Assembly: GCA_050575255.1 (NCBI GenBank) | Contig: JBNZDD010013683.1 | Span: 2,123,263-2,187,262, forward strand | Direction: 5' to 3' | Length of the DNA: 64,000 bases | DNA from: Harriotta raleighana | Lineage: Eukaryota | Shown here: one piece after another, positions 26,905 through 40,564 of the stretch | Layout: every line of letters starts with the position of its first letter | Numbering within the stretch: position 1 is the stretch's first letter | Notes under the pieces: generated by a model | Database searches by the model: none | What the model was told of the DNA's origin: nothing | What the model saw: only the letters and a program-made list of their open reading frames with translations | Translations under genes and position numbers: made by a program

Positions 26905-27007
26905 CAAAATTTCACCCACGAAATGAATATTCAATCCACTTTACAGTATATTCCATGAAGCGCTTTGAGATGATAAGGCTCAGTATCAAATGTATTCTGT
27001 TATTATC
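26905..27007 (+). mobile_element. SINE 3' fragment
   Basis: caatccactttacagtatattccatgaagcgctttgagatg...tcaaatgta. Confidence 0.75.
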
Positions 27008-27789
27008 AATTGAAACCGGACAACAACCAGTTTCTTTACCCACAAGGGTTTGGGGCAGAAATACTGTGGCCAGATATGGATCTGGTTTTTCATAAATGCA
27101 AGCACGGAGCTGTTTGACAGACCAAGGCACGATGAAAATGATTTGTGCTATTTCTGCATCACAATAAGCAATGCAAACATGGGAGCTCTCTTTGACCACA
27201 GTTTTTTGTCACAATTTAAAACTGTCAGCAGTAAAAACGTTTGCATTTATCACATTCAAGCATCTCAAAGAGCTTTACAGGTAATTACCGTCAAGAGCAG
27301 TGACTGATCTTAGGTGAGGTATTCACAGAATTATACTGCAAATGCATGACGGAATGAAGAATTGATAGATCAACAATTATATCTGTTAAAGTTGGACAGA
27401 AGCAATTAAAGTTAATGCTTTTATTAGATGCATGCAGTTTACCAAAAAACATATCTAAGGGTATCTATTCGAAGGGACTTTGAGGACATACAGGAATGTA
27501 CAATGTGTGAATGACTCTGGCAGGCTTCTCAACAACAAGCAAAGCCTTGAATTACTGTGGACCTGCCTGTCTTTGCCAAGTGCATCTCCTTTGAGCCTTT
27601 AGCCCTTTTACAAGGAGAAAACTTTACCTGGTTTGAATAAAATAACTTTTGGGACATCCCCAAAGAATTCTTCCACTCGTAGGGTAATCTGTCAATAGGG
27701 CAATCTGCATAGTTGATTGGCGGATCGCTCTCTGGGAGTAATAATCCCTCTCCTCATACCTGAAAAAAAACCTTGGTCACTCAGTCCAC

Positions 27790-27910
27790 GACTGGCTGTC
27801 GCGTTTTGCCCACAAATCATTTTCAGTGTACAGTATATGTTAAGAAGTGCTTTGAGTCTCAACGACATGATAGGGTGCTACATCAAATGCACGGGTTATT
27901 ATTATTTATT
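27790..27910 (+). mobile_element. SINE 3' fragment
   Basis: tggctgtcgcgttttgcccacaaa...gtgctttgagtctc...catcaaatgcacgggttattatt. Confidence 0.75.
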
Positions 27911-30900
27911 TTATCTGTCAAAATACACAATTGAAATAGATGGAATGAAGTGTTTGTTTTGCAATTAAAGAAATTTGAAGGTCTCAAAGCTGCTGATATC
28001 ACATATCAAGCCATCAAGTTGCACCACATTATTGCTTTGATGCACGTTCAAATATCCAATGTGGAACAACCCTCTGAACACTCACTGTTCGCTCACATAC
28101 TGTAATTAATGCCGTTGCAGCTGATGCCATTCAAATCATATTGCCAGTGTGGGTTGCTCTAGATTTAGCTCAACTGCCTCAAATAACCAGCCAGACAACA
28201 CTGCGCCCTCACAGGAGAAAGTTCCCTTTTTTTCTTGTACAAAAAAAAGGGTTGCCAATCAAAACAGAGAAATAAACGTTAAACTTCCAAGTTGACTATT
28301 GGCATGTTTGATGCCTGTGTTGTAACCAGAGCCTTCTGTGTAACCACCCTATACTGGTGAGAGTTAAACAGTCCCATCACTTAACAGTTCTGAAGCCACG
28401 TCCCTTTGGACACATTCAGATATTGCGAGATTAACGCCTCATCTTTACATTTTCCCGTCCAGATGAACAAAATGAGAGCTCTTGTGGCTTTGAAAGACGT
28501 CCTCGTAGACATGATACCAACGAGGCTCCCAGTTCACTTCCCCACCCGGTCCTTGCTTATACATATTTCCCAAAAAAAAAATTCATTGCAGTGCCTACTT
28601 CTGATAAATGTCTGGCTAACATTCAAACAACCTGAAGGTAAAATTAAAGTCATTGATCATATCTATGATAGCCAAATCCCTATCACGTCTCTTGTTTTGA
28701 TAGGTGATTGAGATCTGAGGGAGCTCCACAAGTGTTCTGCACCTGCTTACACGCCGCAGCCCGGCCAGCTGTTTTCTCCAAAGAGCCAGGCTTTTCTATT
28801 GAATTAAACTGACAGTGGTTGAAAGATGATAGACCCACTCCTGTTCCTCAGGAATTTAACTCATATTAGTACATATGTTCACAGGGAAAGACAGGAACAT
28901 TGCCCTCATCCTTCTTAAGTGTGATCACAAGTAGGATGGGGGTCGGGGATGGGCCCGGGGGGAGGAAAAAGAGAGGTATTGCTGGGTGTCGCTGTTGCTG
29001 ACCTAAGCAGATTTTTTCCAACACTTTGATTAATGACATTTCTGAAGAAGGAAGCCTGGTTATTCTTTTCAGTCGAAGACTTTCTACAGATTTAAAGGCA
29101 CTCAGAGTAGAAGAACATCTAGGTTCAACTGTAATGCCTATTATTGGAAGATGCACGGTATTGAAAAGCTTTGTAATATTGTAGTGTTGTGTCCCTACTG
29201 TATGCTTAGAAGTGCAATGTGCAAGCAATTCACCACCAAACATGCTGCCTAAATGCAGAGCTTTCACTACGAACTGTGCTGCTTCTGAAACTATCTCCTT
29301 GAGGCAGAGCCAGCATTGGAGGGTTCCAGGATGTTACATAACATCCTAATGCTGTTTCATATTGAACTGTTGGCACTCAAATACTGCTGGAATTGCCATG
29401 ACTTGCCATAGGTTGTGCAATGTGTACGCTGCGTTAACTCGGCATTAAATTTTAAGCATAAGGTAGTCAGTTATTTTTTTTTAAAAACATGGTGTGAAAT
29501 TTATTGCATTTCGAAGCGCTTTCCTCATGATCCTTATGATGGTGAAAACAAGGAGTGTGTTGTGAAGCGCTGCATATTTCATCCCCTTTGTTTCCAATGT
29601 ATATCTATCCTAGTGTATAAAACAAACCAATCCAGATCCACCTCTGGGCACACTTAAGCTCCCTCTGTGAGGGTCGTTATTACAAATGCAAGCTATTGTG
29701 TGACTTAGCCTATAATATGAATTCCAATGGACCAATTTTTATTTCAGGTCAAAGATAGATTTTTGAAAAAAAAATATTCTTTCACACAAAACCAAATTCA
29801 TAAGGTTGGTTTAAAATCCAATTGTCATTCAGTGCAGTCTCTGATGGATTTTGGGTTGCTATTGCTTTGACACGTATGAGGTTATGTAATTCAGATGAAT
29901 AGTCCGATGGAAAGATTTGTTCCACACTGAAGAGCAGACAAAGTATAAAAGTAAAATCAAATGACAAATGTCTGCCAAGGATTTTAGAACAATTGTTTAT
30001 AAGCACACACACATGCAAACAAACCAGTAAATAAGACTCCCCTTTAAACAGTGAAAGGCTGGGGTACGCATTAATAACCCAATATACAGTTTGTGTTGGC
30101 AACAATCTGAAATCTGTGGTTTGGCTCAGTGCGAGAATTTTTATGAGTTTAAATATATTAGTACTTCATTGGTTGGATGCTTTTCAGGTTCCACGAAGCC
30201 TGGAATGAATGGAGACAGGCAGATGTGGTGAACCAAAAGAGAATAGAATCAGAGTTAAGTTAAATAAAAGAGTAACTTGAGGTGTCAGCTGAGGTGAAGG
30301 AACTTATTACCCAATTCAAAAGCTGATTCGTTTCTGTACAGACATAAATCATTTGGAATTCTTGGATAAGGTATGCAAAATAAATTTGCTCTCTTCATCT
30401 CCACTCTCTTTCCTGAAGTTGCTTATTAATGCTGGCCTGTGATTGTACGGATATTAGTCAACCTCAAGTAGCAGCTCACTCCCATGTGAATCTAGAGAGG
30501 CAGCAATGAGGGAAAATTTAATGTAGCATGTGGTGAGGTGGCTTCTAATGCTAGCAGCCTAGGACACCACAATTCAACCTGAGATCAACTAGATCACTTC
30601 ATCCACCCATATCCCAGGCTTCCTGTTAGGTAAGGGGTGAGAGCTACTCAGTTAATTATGGATTGAGTGGGAGGGGTGCATGTGTGGAGAGAAGGTGTTC
30701 ACATATGGAGAAGGGGATATGAAACCAATAAAAATTAGCAAATCGGATGCTATTAATTTTTTTGCACCCACACCCCGTCCATCCCTTTTTGCGACTCACT
30801 GGAAACCTTAAAATTAAAATAAACCTCCTGTAGGAATATTCCCATTTTAAATGAACCCATTATTTTTGTCGGCGGAAAGAAAAGGGCAACAAATACATTG

Positions 30901-31324
30901 AGTTTAAATTTGAGCCCCCGATGCAGCTCCCTATAAGCAGTTACAACTTTTTACATTTTTCACAAGTGCCCCGGGGGAAAGTTTTTACAGCTGTGACATA
31001 TTTTCGAATGGATCCATTGTGGTTCCACAAAGTCCGGGCATAATTGGTCAAGAAAGGATAGTGAATATAGGAAACAGCACAGTAGGCTCCATTCTCAGAG
31101 CCTAAGTGGCTGCACAGCACCCACTTTGTAGCAGTTTCATTTCCCTGCAATGTTTGAGTTGTGCACGCCCTGGTAACTAATTACCTCTGTATAACTCGTG
31201 GCCCAGGTTGTGGATGCCAACTCTTTAAAGTTTCAAGTCAAGGGCTGTTATGTTCTAGAAAACTAATGTTATAGTCCGACCTTCTGAAAAGCAGCACATA
31301 GATACAGTTGGATAGAGTTATCAT

Positions 31325-31425
31325 AACTAACAATAGTTACATTTGATGTAGCCCCTTTTATTTACATCAGGAGAACGTCTCAAAGATCTTCGCTGAATTT
31401 CCTGTAGGATGTAGTGACTGTTTAT
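31325..31425 (-). mobile_element. SINE/L2 tail fragment
   Basis: ttacatttgatgtagccc...catcaggagaacgtctcaaag...gtagtgactgt. Confidence 0.6.
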
Positions 31426-33137
31426 CTTTAAATGTTCAACTGAAAACAGTAAATGTTGGATAATCCTTACAGGCCAGCATTTCTATGAAAAGATGAATGA
31501 TGGCTTAGGGGAGGCCATTTAGCAGAACTGAAACAGCAGGCTGGCTTTCGAGAAAATGCCTTTTATATGGCGGTGGGAGGTAAAGAGGAACAGGCCAAGA
31601 AAAAAAAGAGACATGAGGAACACGTTGAAGAATGGTTAAACACACAAAAATAAGCCATGAGCCATTAATTTTAATTTTATAAAAGAATGGAAAAGGTAAA
31701 AGTGCAATTACACGCTGCCATTCATGTTGGATAATACCCGGAGTGCATCCCACCGAGCTGTAAGGATGCATTCAAATTGCAATCCAACTCGGTCAAAAGT
31801 GAGAGAGAAGAATGGTGGCTATAAAATGGAATGACGAGCTTTCTGGCAGTACTTGAACGTACTTCTGAGTGTGTGCTGTCGCTGGAGCTTGCGATGTGTG
31901 GCGGAATGATTGCACATTAACACCTGTGCCTGACTTGGACTCAGATGCTTTACAAGTTCTTGCAGGTCAAATAAATCCTGTTGCAAATGGGTTGAGAAGT
32001 AAGTTATAGAGCAGTCTTAGAGTAAGTGATAAAACAATTCATTATTTCCCATTTGATTTGTTTTGTAATAGATTGCATTTCATCTCATTCCACTCTTATG
32101 AGTTCATGTCCTGAATTTATCTCTTCTGTATTTAATGTTAGTGGGTTGCCCGATTCATTGCTCCCGAACTTTTCTTTTGAAATTATTAGAATATGTTTGC
32201 TTCTGTTATGCTTTGTCAAATATAACACAAGCAAAATGTATTTTAATATTAAAAAAGCAGTTGTGTTTGCCTTTTTAAAAAAAATTGTGTTTGTGCTCAT
32301 TAGCCTCAAATTAACTAGTTTTTTATTCCACTCCCCCCATTCCCCCTCCTCCCCCCCTCCCCTCCCCCGAGTCAAGTACTGCAAACCACATCTGCAACTG
32401 ATATCACAGGCTCAGATCACTGTGCTCTGGAACTTGATCCCAAGAACGACTAAGGAAATGTAGAATGAGGATGGCAAACACACTGGTACAATGATTTGTT
32501 ACAGGAGTCTTGTCTTGACTCTTTTGCAGTGTTTAAGAAAAGCTCTGCGAGTCTAAAAGGTCTTGCTTTGAAAGGACTACATTCTGCTTCTCAGACCGTT
32601 CTGCTTCTGCAATGCTCTTCACTTTTCATAAATATTTATCTGATTAGCGATCAATTTCAGTATCTGCAGTTTTTCCCCCCCAGGATCAGATCATCCTGCA
32701 TCTGTTTGATTGTCCTGCGCAGTAGACAGAAAATTAGGTGCAAAACACTTTATATACCTTACAATGGAAGCCACCATTAGACAGTTTCTCAGTAAGAAAT
32801 TGACACAAATTGATGAGTGGGAGATGGAAAGTTGCTCTGCTCTTAAGATTCTCTTTGAGAGTCTATCACGTGCATGTATTCTGGGTATTTCGATTTTTAA
32901 AAAATAACATCTCAAGCTTTCAGACTGTGAATAAAGCATCTGCCACCACATTCTTAGAGCATTACATGTACTGCCTGTGCTGACAGTGCTAACGCTCTGA
33001 TATTATTTTGCCTGAAAACATGTCTGATGTGCAATCATAGAAATAAAAGCATGGAAAGGAGGCCATTCGACATATAGGCTGCAGACACATGTTGGATCTT
33101 TAACTCCGAGAGCACAGATAGAAAAGACCATTAAAAA

Positions 33138-33979
33138 NNNNNNNNNNNNNNNNNNNNNNNNNNNNNNNNNNNNNNNNNNNNNNNNNNNNNNNNNNNNNNN
33201 NNNNNNNNNNNNNNNNNNNNNNNNNNNNNNNNNNNNNNNNNNNNNNNNNNNNNNNNNNNNNNNNNNNNNNNNNNNNNNNNNNNNNNNNNNNNNNNNNNNN
33301 NNNNNNNNNNNNNNNNNNNNNNNNNNNNNNNNNNNNNNNNNNNNNNNNNNNNNNNNNNNNNNNNNNNNNNNNNNNNNNNNNNNNNNNNNNNNNNNNNNNN
33401 NNNNNNNNNNNNNNNNNNNNNNNNNNNNNNNNNNNNNNNNNNNNNNNNNNNNNNNNNNNNNNNNNNNNNNNNNNNNNNNNNNNNNNNNNNNNNNNNNNNN
33501 NNNNNNNNNNNNNNNNNNNNNNNNNNNNNNNNNNNNNNNNNNNNNNNNNNNNNNNNNNNNNNNNNNNNNNNNNNNNNNNNNNNNNNNNNNNNNNNNNNNN
33601 NNNNNNNNNNNNNNNNNNNNNNNNNNNNNNNNNNNNNNNNNNNNNNNNNNNNNNNNNNNNNNNNNNNNNNNNNNNNNNNNNNNNNNNNNNNNNNNNNNNN
33701 NNNNNNNNNNNNNNNNNNNNNNNNNNNNNNNNNNNNNNNNNNNNNNNNNNNNNNNNNNNNNNNNNNNNNNNNNNNNNNNNNNNNNNNNNNNNNNNNNNNN
33801 NNNNNNNNNNNNNNNNNNNNNNNNNNNNNNNNNNNNNNNNNNNNNNNNNNNNNNNNNNNNNNNNNNNNNNNNNNNNNNNNNNNNNNNNNNNNNNNNNNNN
33901 NNNNNNNNNNNNNNNNNNNNNNNNNNNNNNNNNNNNNNNNNNNNNNNNNNNNNNNNNNNNNNNNNNNNNNNNNNNNNNN
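33138..33979. other. Assembly gap (842 N)
   Basis: Run of N. Confidence 1.
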
Positions 33980-34171
33980 AAAAACAAGTGGGATTCGGGC
34001 TTTGATGTGTACATTAACCCAAACATATAATATTGATTTACGAGTTGAAGCCATTTCAAATTGAACGAAAAGCAAGAAGGCGATGTTAAATTTATTGAGG
34101 GCGTTGGAGTTGGAGCAATGCAGTGATCCAGGAAAATATTTATTGAGCAAGAATTTGATGTGGCTGGGGAG

Positions 34172-34195
34172 AAGAGAGAGAGAGAGAGAGAGAGA
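34172..34195. repeat. (AG)n microsatellite
   Basis: agagagagagagagagagagaga. Confidence 0.9.
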
Positions 34196-34727
34196 AAAAA
34201 GCAAGCATTTAAGCTACAGTTATTTTAGGTATTGTAGCTCACCTGCATCAAGGGGTGGGAATCCTTAGCTCAGTATCATTCTTCGCATCAAAGTCTCACT
34301 CAGATGGAGACTGTTTTGCTGTTCTGTCCTTTTATATAAAAAGTACGCAAAGAAAATAGACAGCATGTCCATTTGCTTAAATACCTGACTTTCTGTCTTT
34401 ATACTGTATATGGAGAACATTTTTGATTGAAAAAAAACTTTTTTTTGTCACAGTTGCCCTGGAATCTCCCAAACAAAATTATGTATAAGGAAGAAATGAT
34501 GTACAATATCACACTCAGTCACTCCTGACATCCTGTGAACCACTTTTATTTTTATTGCTTTGCTACGTTATAATCTAAAAAAAATCCCCTTCTGAAGTAT
34601 TTTCTCCCATTTCTCCTAAATGAACATGGTTCTTAATTTGCCTATAAAGGTTGCAATACCTTGTCATTATAAACCACAAATGTCAGCAAAGGAACCATTG
34701 CTAACACATAATTGCTGACACATAACA

Positions 34728-35102
34728 TAATAATAATAATCCTTGCTTTTGATACAGCGCTTTTCACGTATTTTTTTAGATGTCTCAGAATATACGGTAC
34801 TGTAAAGTGAATTGACAGTACATTTTGTGGGTGGAACGCAGGAGCCAATCGCTCACAGTAATGTCCCACGAACAGTATGGAAGGCCAACTGGATGGATCG
34901 TGATCTTCTTTTGCCTAGGAAATTCATATGTTCTTACGAAAAGATTAAACTGGAGGATTGTTGAAAAGCGAGGGTTGGCCTGAGATTATTATCAGGCGTG
35001 CGGAGTGAGGTAAATTGGTCCAAGATTTCGCCCTGCCGAGAATCGAACCCCGGGTCTCTCACTTGCGAGGTGAGTGCTCTAACTACTGGGCTACATGACT
35101 CC
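34728..35102 (-). mobile_element. Near full-length tRNA-derived SINE
   Basis: Minus-strand head ggagtcatgtagcccagtagttagagcactcacctcgcaagtgagagacccggggttcgattctc has A/B boxes; Deu core and (att)n tail present. Confidence 0.88.
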
Positions 35103-36614
35103 AATTACTTTGTAACCAACTGGTAGGAGGTGGCCTCATTCAATCAAGTTGGATAAATTTATTGCTCTCTTCCTCTCCCCCTATAATTTCTGCGGGATCA
35201 TCTCACTTGGAAGGGGAGTTCCACACAGCAGCAACATTCTACGGAATGGTTTAGCCCAACTCACCCAACAGAGCAAAGTGCATTTGAGCAACAGGCATGT
35301 TTAAGCACCAGAATTGCCCCACGAAGCGAACACTGGAATAAACATTTCTTATTTGGCAGCTGAAGCAAATGCAACCGGTAGTGGCTTTTGGCACAGCCAG
35401 TTGACCAGTGGAACTTTTACAAAGCTATTTTTGTTTTGTTTTACTGCACAGTTGATTAGTTTTACTATTGTTCCTGAGAGGAAAGGCATTAGCTTAATTT
35501 GTTCAATAACATTGAGGTTGCAGAGGCAATAAAAGACTTCCCAAGGGGCAATGAGGTTTCCCCCTATTCCATACATCACACAGATTATTGATGAATAGAT
35601 CCAAATTTTGGCCCAAACCTCTTGTAGGCATAACAGGTCAAACTCACTCTTTGCCTAAGTTGTGATCCCTGACCTCTGCTCACAGACATCACACCTTGGA
35701 CACTCTGAGTTGTGAAGGGTTGGTATAAATCATGTCGGCACTTTCTCAACACACATCTGACCCTGGATGTTCTCAGGTCCAGCCTCACAGAGTGGGCAAC
35801 AGGAAGTGCTAAGCCAGTCACTGCTGTGCTCTTTGCCCCTTGTCTGGACCCTGCTGTGGTTCTAACTTTGTGAGTGACGTAAACAAATAAACAACACTCT
35901 TGAAGTCTCTACTTTATGGTATCTCATGGAAGAAAGTCTCTGGTTTCAAAGCCTTTCAAGATTGAAATAAAAAGAAACTCTCAAGTCCAGTGTCTGTCAG
36001 ATTTTAACCCTTTCGACAGCACGCTGCTGTCATTTGAAAGCTTCTTTGTAAAAGTTCTGGCGGCCGAGACGTTTCAGTTAAGTTTGTGTTCTGATTTTTT
36101 TTTCTTTTGTTTTTTAACAAGTTACCATAAAACTCGTTTGCGCTTGACATGCACTCCGTCAGTACCCAGCTGCTTACAGCAACGTTAAACCTCTAGGATT
36201 AGAATAGAATTGCAGACCTAAATATAGGTTAATGATATCCTGGAGGGATTTGGGTGAAATCTATGTTTAAGGTTTCGCTAGATAAAGGATTAAAAAGGTT
36301 AATGAAAGAATGTGGTGTGGTTGCCCCAGTGTTCCCAGGAATCAGCATTTTTACACATGAACGTTCGCTCTTTTAAAGTATCGATAGAAAATAAAGAGAC
36401 GAGAAGTGGGAGACCAGTACAACAATCACCAGGGCATTGGAGGAACAAAAATCCCCCGGGTCAGGAAGAAGAAATTATGGGGGTGAAAATTGTAACAAGT
36501 GATGGTGATTGTTATCACGTGTTGCAATTTTCACTCCTATTTTCTGCTGATTTTTCAGTGTACAGTAATGTTCATGCACATCTTCCCTCTATTAAGTAAA
36601 GCTTGTTGGTCCCT

Positions 36615-36720
36615 CACATTGTGCGCAAATGTCACATCATTTGTCACAGATGAGCGCCTTGGGATGTCCTCCCGACGTGAAAAACACCATGTAATTACAT
36701 GCAAATGTAATTTTGTATTG
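36615..36720 (+). mobile_element. L2/SINE 3' tail
   Basis: gcgccttgggatgtcctcccgacgtgaaaa...tgcaaatgtaatt. Confidence 0.7.
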
Positions 36721-36721
36721 T

Positions 36722-36862
36722 AATACTAATAATAATCCTTGCATTTGATGTAGCGCCTTATCGCGTCTTCCAGACATCTCAAAGCGCTTCACAGGATATA
36801 CTGTGCAGTGAATTGACTGTAGATTTGTGGGAGAAATGCAGCAGCCAATTGCGCACAGCAAT
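36722..36862 (-). mobile_element. SINE 3' half
   Basis: taatccttgcatttgatgtagcgcc...gcagccaattgcgcacagca. Confidence 0.88.
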
Positions 36863-36889
36863 TGAAGTGACCCATTTTAATATTGAAAT

Positions 36890-37021
36890 AATATTATAAT
36901 AATCCCCCCAAAAAGTTGATCACTTTAATCTGCGACTGTTTGTGGGGACACTGCTGTGCACAATTGGCTGCCACATTTCGCCCACAAATCTACAGTCAAT
37001 TCACTGTACAGTACATCCTGT
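36890..37021 (+). mobile_element. SINE middle (Deu core), tail missing
   Basis: ctgtttgtggggacactgctgtgcacaattggctgccacatttcgcccacaaa...cagtacatcctgt. Confidence 0.88.
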
Positions 37022-37239
37022 TAATTGTAATAATATAATTGCATTATATAATGTTTCCAAAGACAACAACTGCAGCAACAATTTACAATTCTATTCACGT
37101 TTCACATTATGTCAACTTCTCACCAGTCAACTTCTGATTGGGCACCTGAGTTGGGGTGGGGTAGGTTGAGCGAAATCTTGGTCAAGGAAAGCAACATTCC
37201 ACAGTGCCTCATCGAGCAGACAAATAATGGGGTGTATGA

Positions 37240-37415
37240 AATAATAATAATACTTCTTGCATTTGATATAGGCCCTATTCATGGCTTCGAGATGTTTCAA
37301 AGCGCTTCACAGAATATTTGACTGTACATTTTGTGGGGAAATGTAGTAGGCATTTGTGCCCAGCAGTGTCCCACAAACAGTTGCGGATTGCATGACCAAA
37401 TCATTATTATTATTA
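37240..37415 (-). mobile_element. SINE (Deu core + tail)
   Basis: cttgcatttgatatagg...caaagcgcttcacagaatat...cagcagtgtcccacaaacag. Confidence 0.85.
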
Positions 37416-38329
37416 CAATCCATTATGCATCTGAGTTTCTGCTCAGATTTTGATCTGTTTTTCCTGCCTGATTCTAGAGACGGGCTGACAGCAGCATATT
37501 GCTCTACCTTTTGAAGATTCAGAATGTTTAACCAAGGAAGATACTATTCAGTCTCAACGCTGTAAAGATTTGAGACGTGGTTTTGTAACCAACGTCAAAA
37601 TGGACTGCCACAATTGCTGCAAAAAAACAAATAATACTTGCACTCTGAACTATTACCCTATCTAGCCTTCTAAAGCTTTATGAAAATAATCTTCTACCTT
37701 TGATCCGGGGCAGTTTGAGCCGACCATTGTCAGGATAATGAAAAGATGAAATAAGTGGTGCTTGATGGGGAACAAAATCAACCCAATGTGATAATAGCAA
37801 TTGCCAAGCGACATCAAAAAATGTGCATTAATTCATTTGAATTCACTTTGCACACGTTTTGGAAGTATTTTTTACATTGAATTTAGTGACGGAGAGACCA
37901 TAACTTATGCCCTCTTTTGCATAGTAGCAATCTCGAAAGTACTTAGTAAAAAAACATGGCCGCTCTGCTTTGCCTCCCATTAAGTGCGCGAAATGATAAA
38001 GAGAGAGATGCATTTCTCACAGCTGTTAGGGAACGCTGCATACACCTTTCGATGAGCATTTGATTATTACACCAGAGCTTTCTGTACATCTGCATGTGAT
38101 TTCAAATGAGAGGATTGATAACAAAATAAACTGGAATAATTTTATATCGGAGTCTTCAGGAAGTGCACTTTAGCTTGAATTTCTGACACTGTTGCAGATG
38201 CCCTACACCACCATCTGTCCACAAAGTTTATGTCTCCTGGTTGAGCCTACAGAAAGTGATTTCTATCAGAGAAGAGAAAAGGAGAACTTTGTAATTTTTT
38301 AAGAACCTCTTCTCGTTGAAACCTCTCAC

Positions 38330-38445
38330 AGTGCTCCACATATAATTACTGTCAAGTGAGGAGACGGTGGAAGCAGAAAGTGTTGAACCTTTCAAGAACA
38401 AATGAGATAGATTCATGTTAGGAAATAATACCTTGGGATATAATA
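38330..38445 (+). mobile_element. CR1 LINE 3' end fragment
   Basis: ETVEAESVEPFKNK*DRFM matches the CR1 terminus VVEAxSxxxFKxKLDxFM. Confidence 0.65.
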
Positions 38446-38482
38446 TATGTTCTAGGCCATGACATGTCATGCAACTGCCCGG

Positions 38483-38575
38483 ATAATAATAATAATCCTT
38501 TCATTTGATATAGAGCCTTATCATGTGTTCAAGATGTCTTAAAGCGCTTCATAGAATATACTGTAATGTGAAGAC
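38483..38575 (-). mobile_element. SINE 3' fragment
   Basis: (taa)n-cctttcatttgatatagagcc...aaagcgcttcatagaatatactgtaa. Confidence 0.8.
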
Positions 38576-38614
38576 ACTATCCTTAACTACACAGCAATCC
38601 TCCAAATTATATTG

Positions 38615-38705
38615 CAAAGATGATCTCAAGTCCCAACATAGTTCTTAAACCGTGCAACCTTATGACCCAGAGGCAAGAGCTGTACTAACTGAGCCAAACT
38701 GACAT
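38615..38705 (-). mobile_element. Older DeuSINE tRNA head
   Basis: cttaaaccgtgcaaccttatgacccagaggcaagagctgtactaactgagccaaactgaca. Confidence 0.6.
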
Positions 38706-40564
38706 TAACAGATCAGGAACATGTGGATGGTGTGGATGGATTGCAGAATTCTTTACAATACGAAAAATTGCAGCAAACATCCTATATTTATCAACTGTCA
38801 TACTTCAACACAAAAAACTTGAGTTTAACATCATATCCTAAGGATAACACACCTAATAAAGTTGCGGTCCCTCAGTGCAACAGTAAAGTACAGTATTAGC
38901 TTTGATGATATACCCAAAGACCCGATGCTGTAGGGTTGAGAAACAGTGGAACGTTTTGAAGAATGAACCATTTCAAAGTTGAACTGCGCTAAATGTGTTG
39001 TGATTTGGAGCTCTAAATTACTTCTCACGTAAGGCAGTAAAACGGGATATTTCGCTATAATGAACATATTCTGACTGATCACAGCTGTACTTACATAACG
39101 GACTCACTATCGTACAGATGATATTTCTTTCCGGGAGCTTTCATTCGGATATCTAGCTTTCTTGAAACTAATCATGGCTTGGGGGCCTTTGTCCGCCATA
39201 GACTTGCATGAGTTCTAAATCATGCTTTATAAAATGGTAACAGATCTATGCATTAACCAAATTCCTAATAAGCACCGAACGTCTGATCAGGCTTTAGTGC
39301 AATGACAAGATTCAAAGTAAAAATTAAGATTCATGTATAAATGCAATACACTATTCTGCTTTTATTAAAGGAGACAAAATGTTGCATCATTTAACATTTT
39401 ACACTCACGGAGTCCTGCGGCTGAATTAGAGGCCAATACAAGCTCAAACCTTAAACTGGATCTAGATGACAGTCTGAAATTAGTAGACAGTTTTGATCAA
39501 AGAAGAAATTGTGCACTATATTATTGATCTACTAGTTATTTTTACTGGGGTTGAAGAGAGTATTATAAACGTGATCAGTGTTGTAAGAAGATTATAAAAT
39601 CCTTCCTGGCAACTTCTACCCTCTCCAATGCACTGCAAAGAATGAGTTGTTGGAGGCATTTGGAATAAACGTCTGCACACATTTATACTGACAAAGAGTT
39701 GATGGTACTGTACCAGTGATGCAGAGATTGTTGACTGAGCGACCATAACATTTTGGGGGATAGCTTCGTTATATAATCATGAAGAATGCGGTGTGTATTC
39801 AATCTTATGATCTGACCAGACGAGATGCACACTCATTATTACCCAAGCATTTATCCTTTTTTTTAATGAAACCGAAATTGCTCAGTTCCTTCAGGAAACC
39901 ATCAGTTTTAGATACCCCCATTTCTATTTTATTATACAAGAACGAATAAATCACTGAATAGCTGTAGTGATGCATTACAATTCAACATTCCTGTGCTATA
40001 ATGTGGTTTCCATTTAGATACCAAAGGATGTGATGGTTAGTTCTAATTACAGTATTTGCTCACATTTAATTTGAATACTAAAAGTTGAGTTGTCCCCAAT
40101 AAAATGTAGATATTGATGTGGAGACATCCTATTGTGTTAGATTATGGAGAATTTCCGTTCCACATAATAACACACATAAAGGCAACTACATCAATCTTCG
40201 TAATTACTGATTTCATGTCAAAAATCGGTAATGGACTCAAATCTCCTTTATCCTGTCATTAAAGTTGGGTTAGTATTTAAAGAATTAGTGCTTAAAATCT
40301 TTGCCAAAACAATACTCATAAGTTAATTTTCAGTCTTTGTAGTGCCAACAGTTGCAGTACTCCTTAACCTCTTCCTTGAGTGGCAAGGAATGCTGTAAAC
40401 TTTGCTCCATAAATCACTAGGTAAGAGAGAAAAAGAATCACGCAAAGATTTTTGGAATACTTCCTGTACGTGCATCAACATCTCCAGATGTTTTCTTTCT
40501 GTCTTAATTGCATGACCGAAACATTAAACGTGACTGTTAGTCACATAATTCACATGTTACATAT

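Noticed and set aside
31726-31810. H/ACA snoRNA interpretation of the hairpin with an 8x8 internal loop
   Set aside because: No ANANNA box directly after the lower stem and no clear second hairpin with a terminal ACA.
33100-34204. 319-aa and 357-aa ORFs
   Set aside because: They are open only because they span the 842-N gap.
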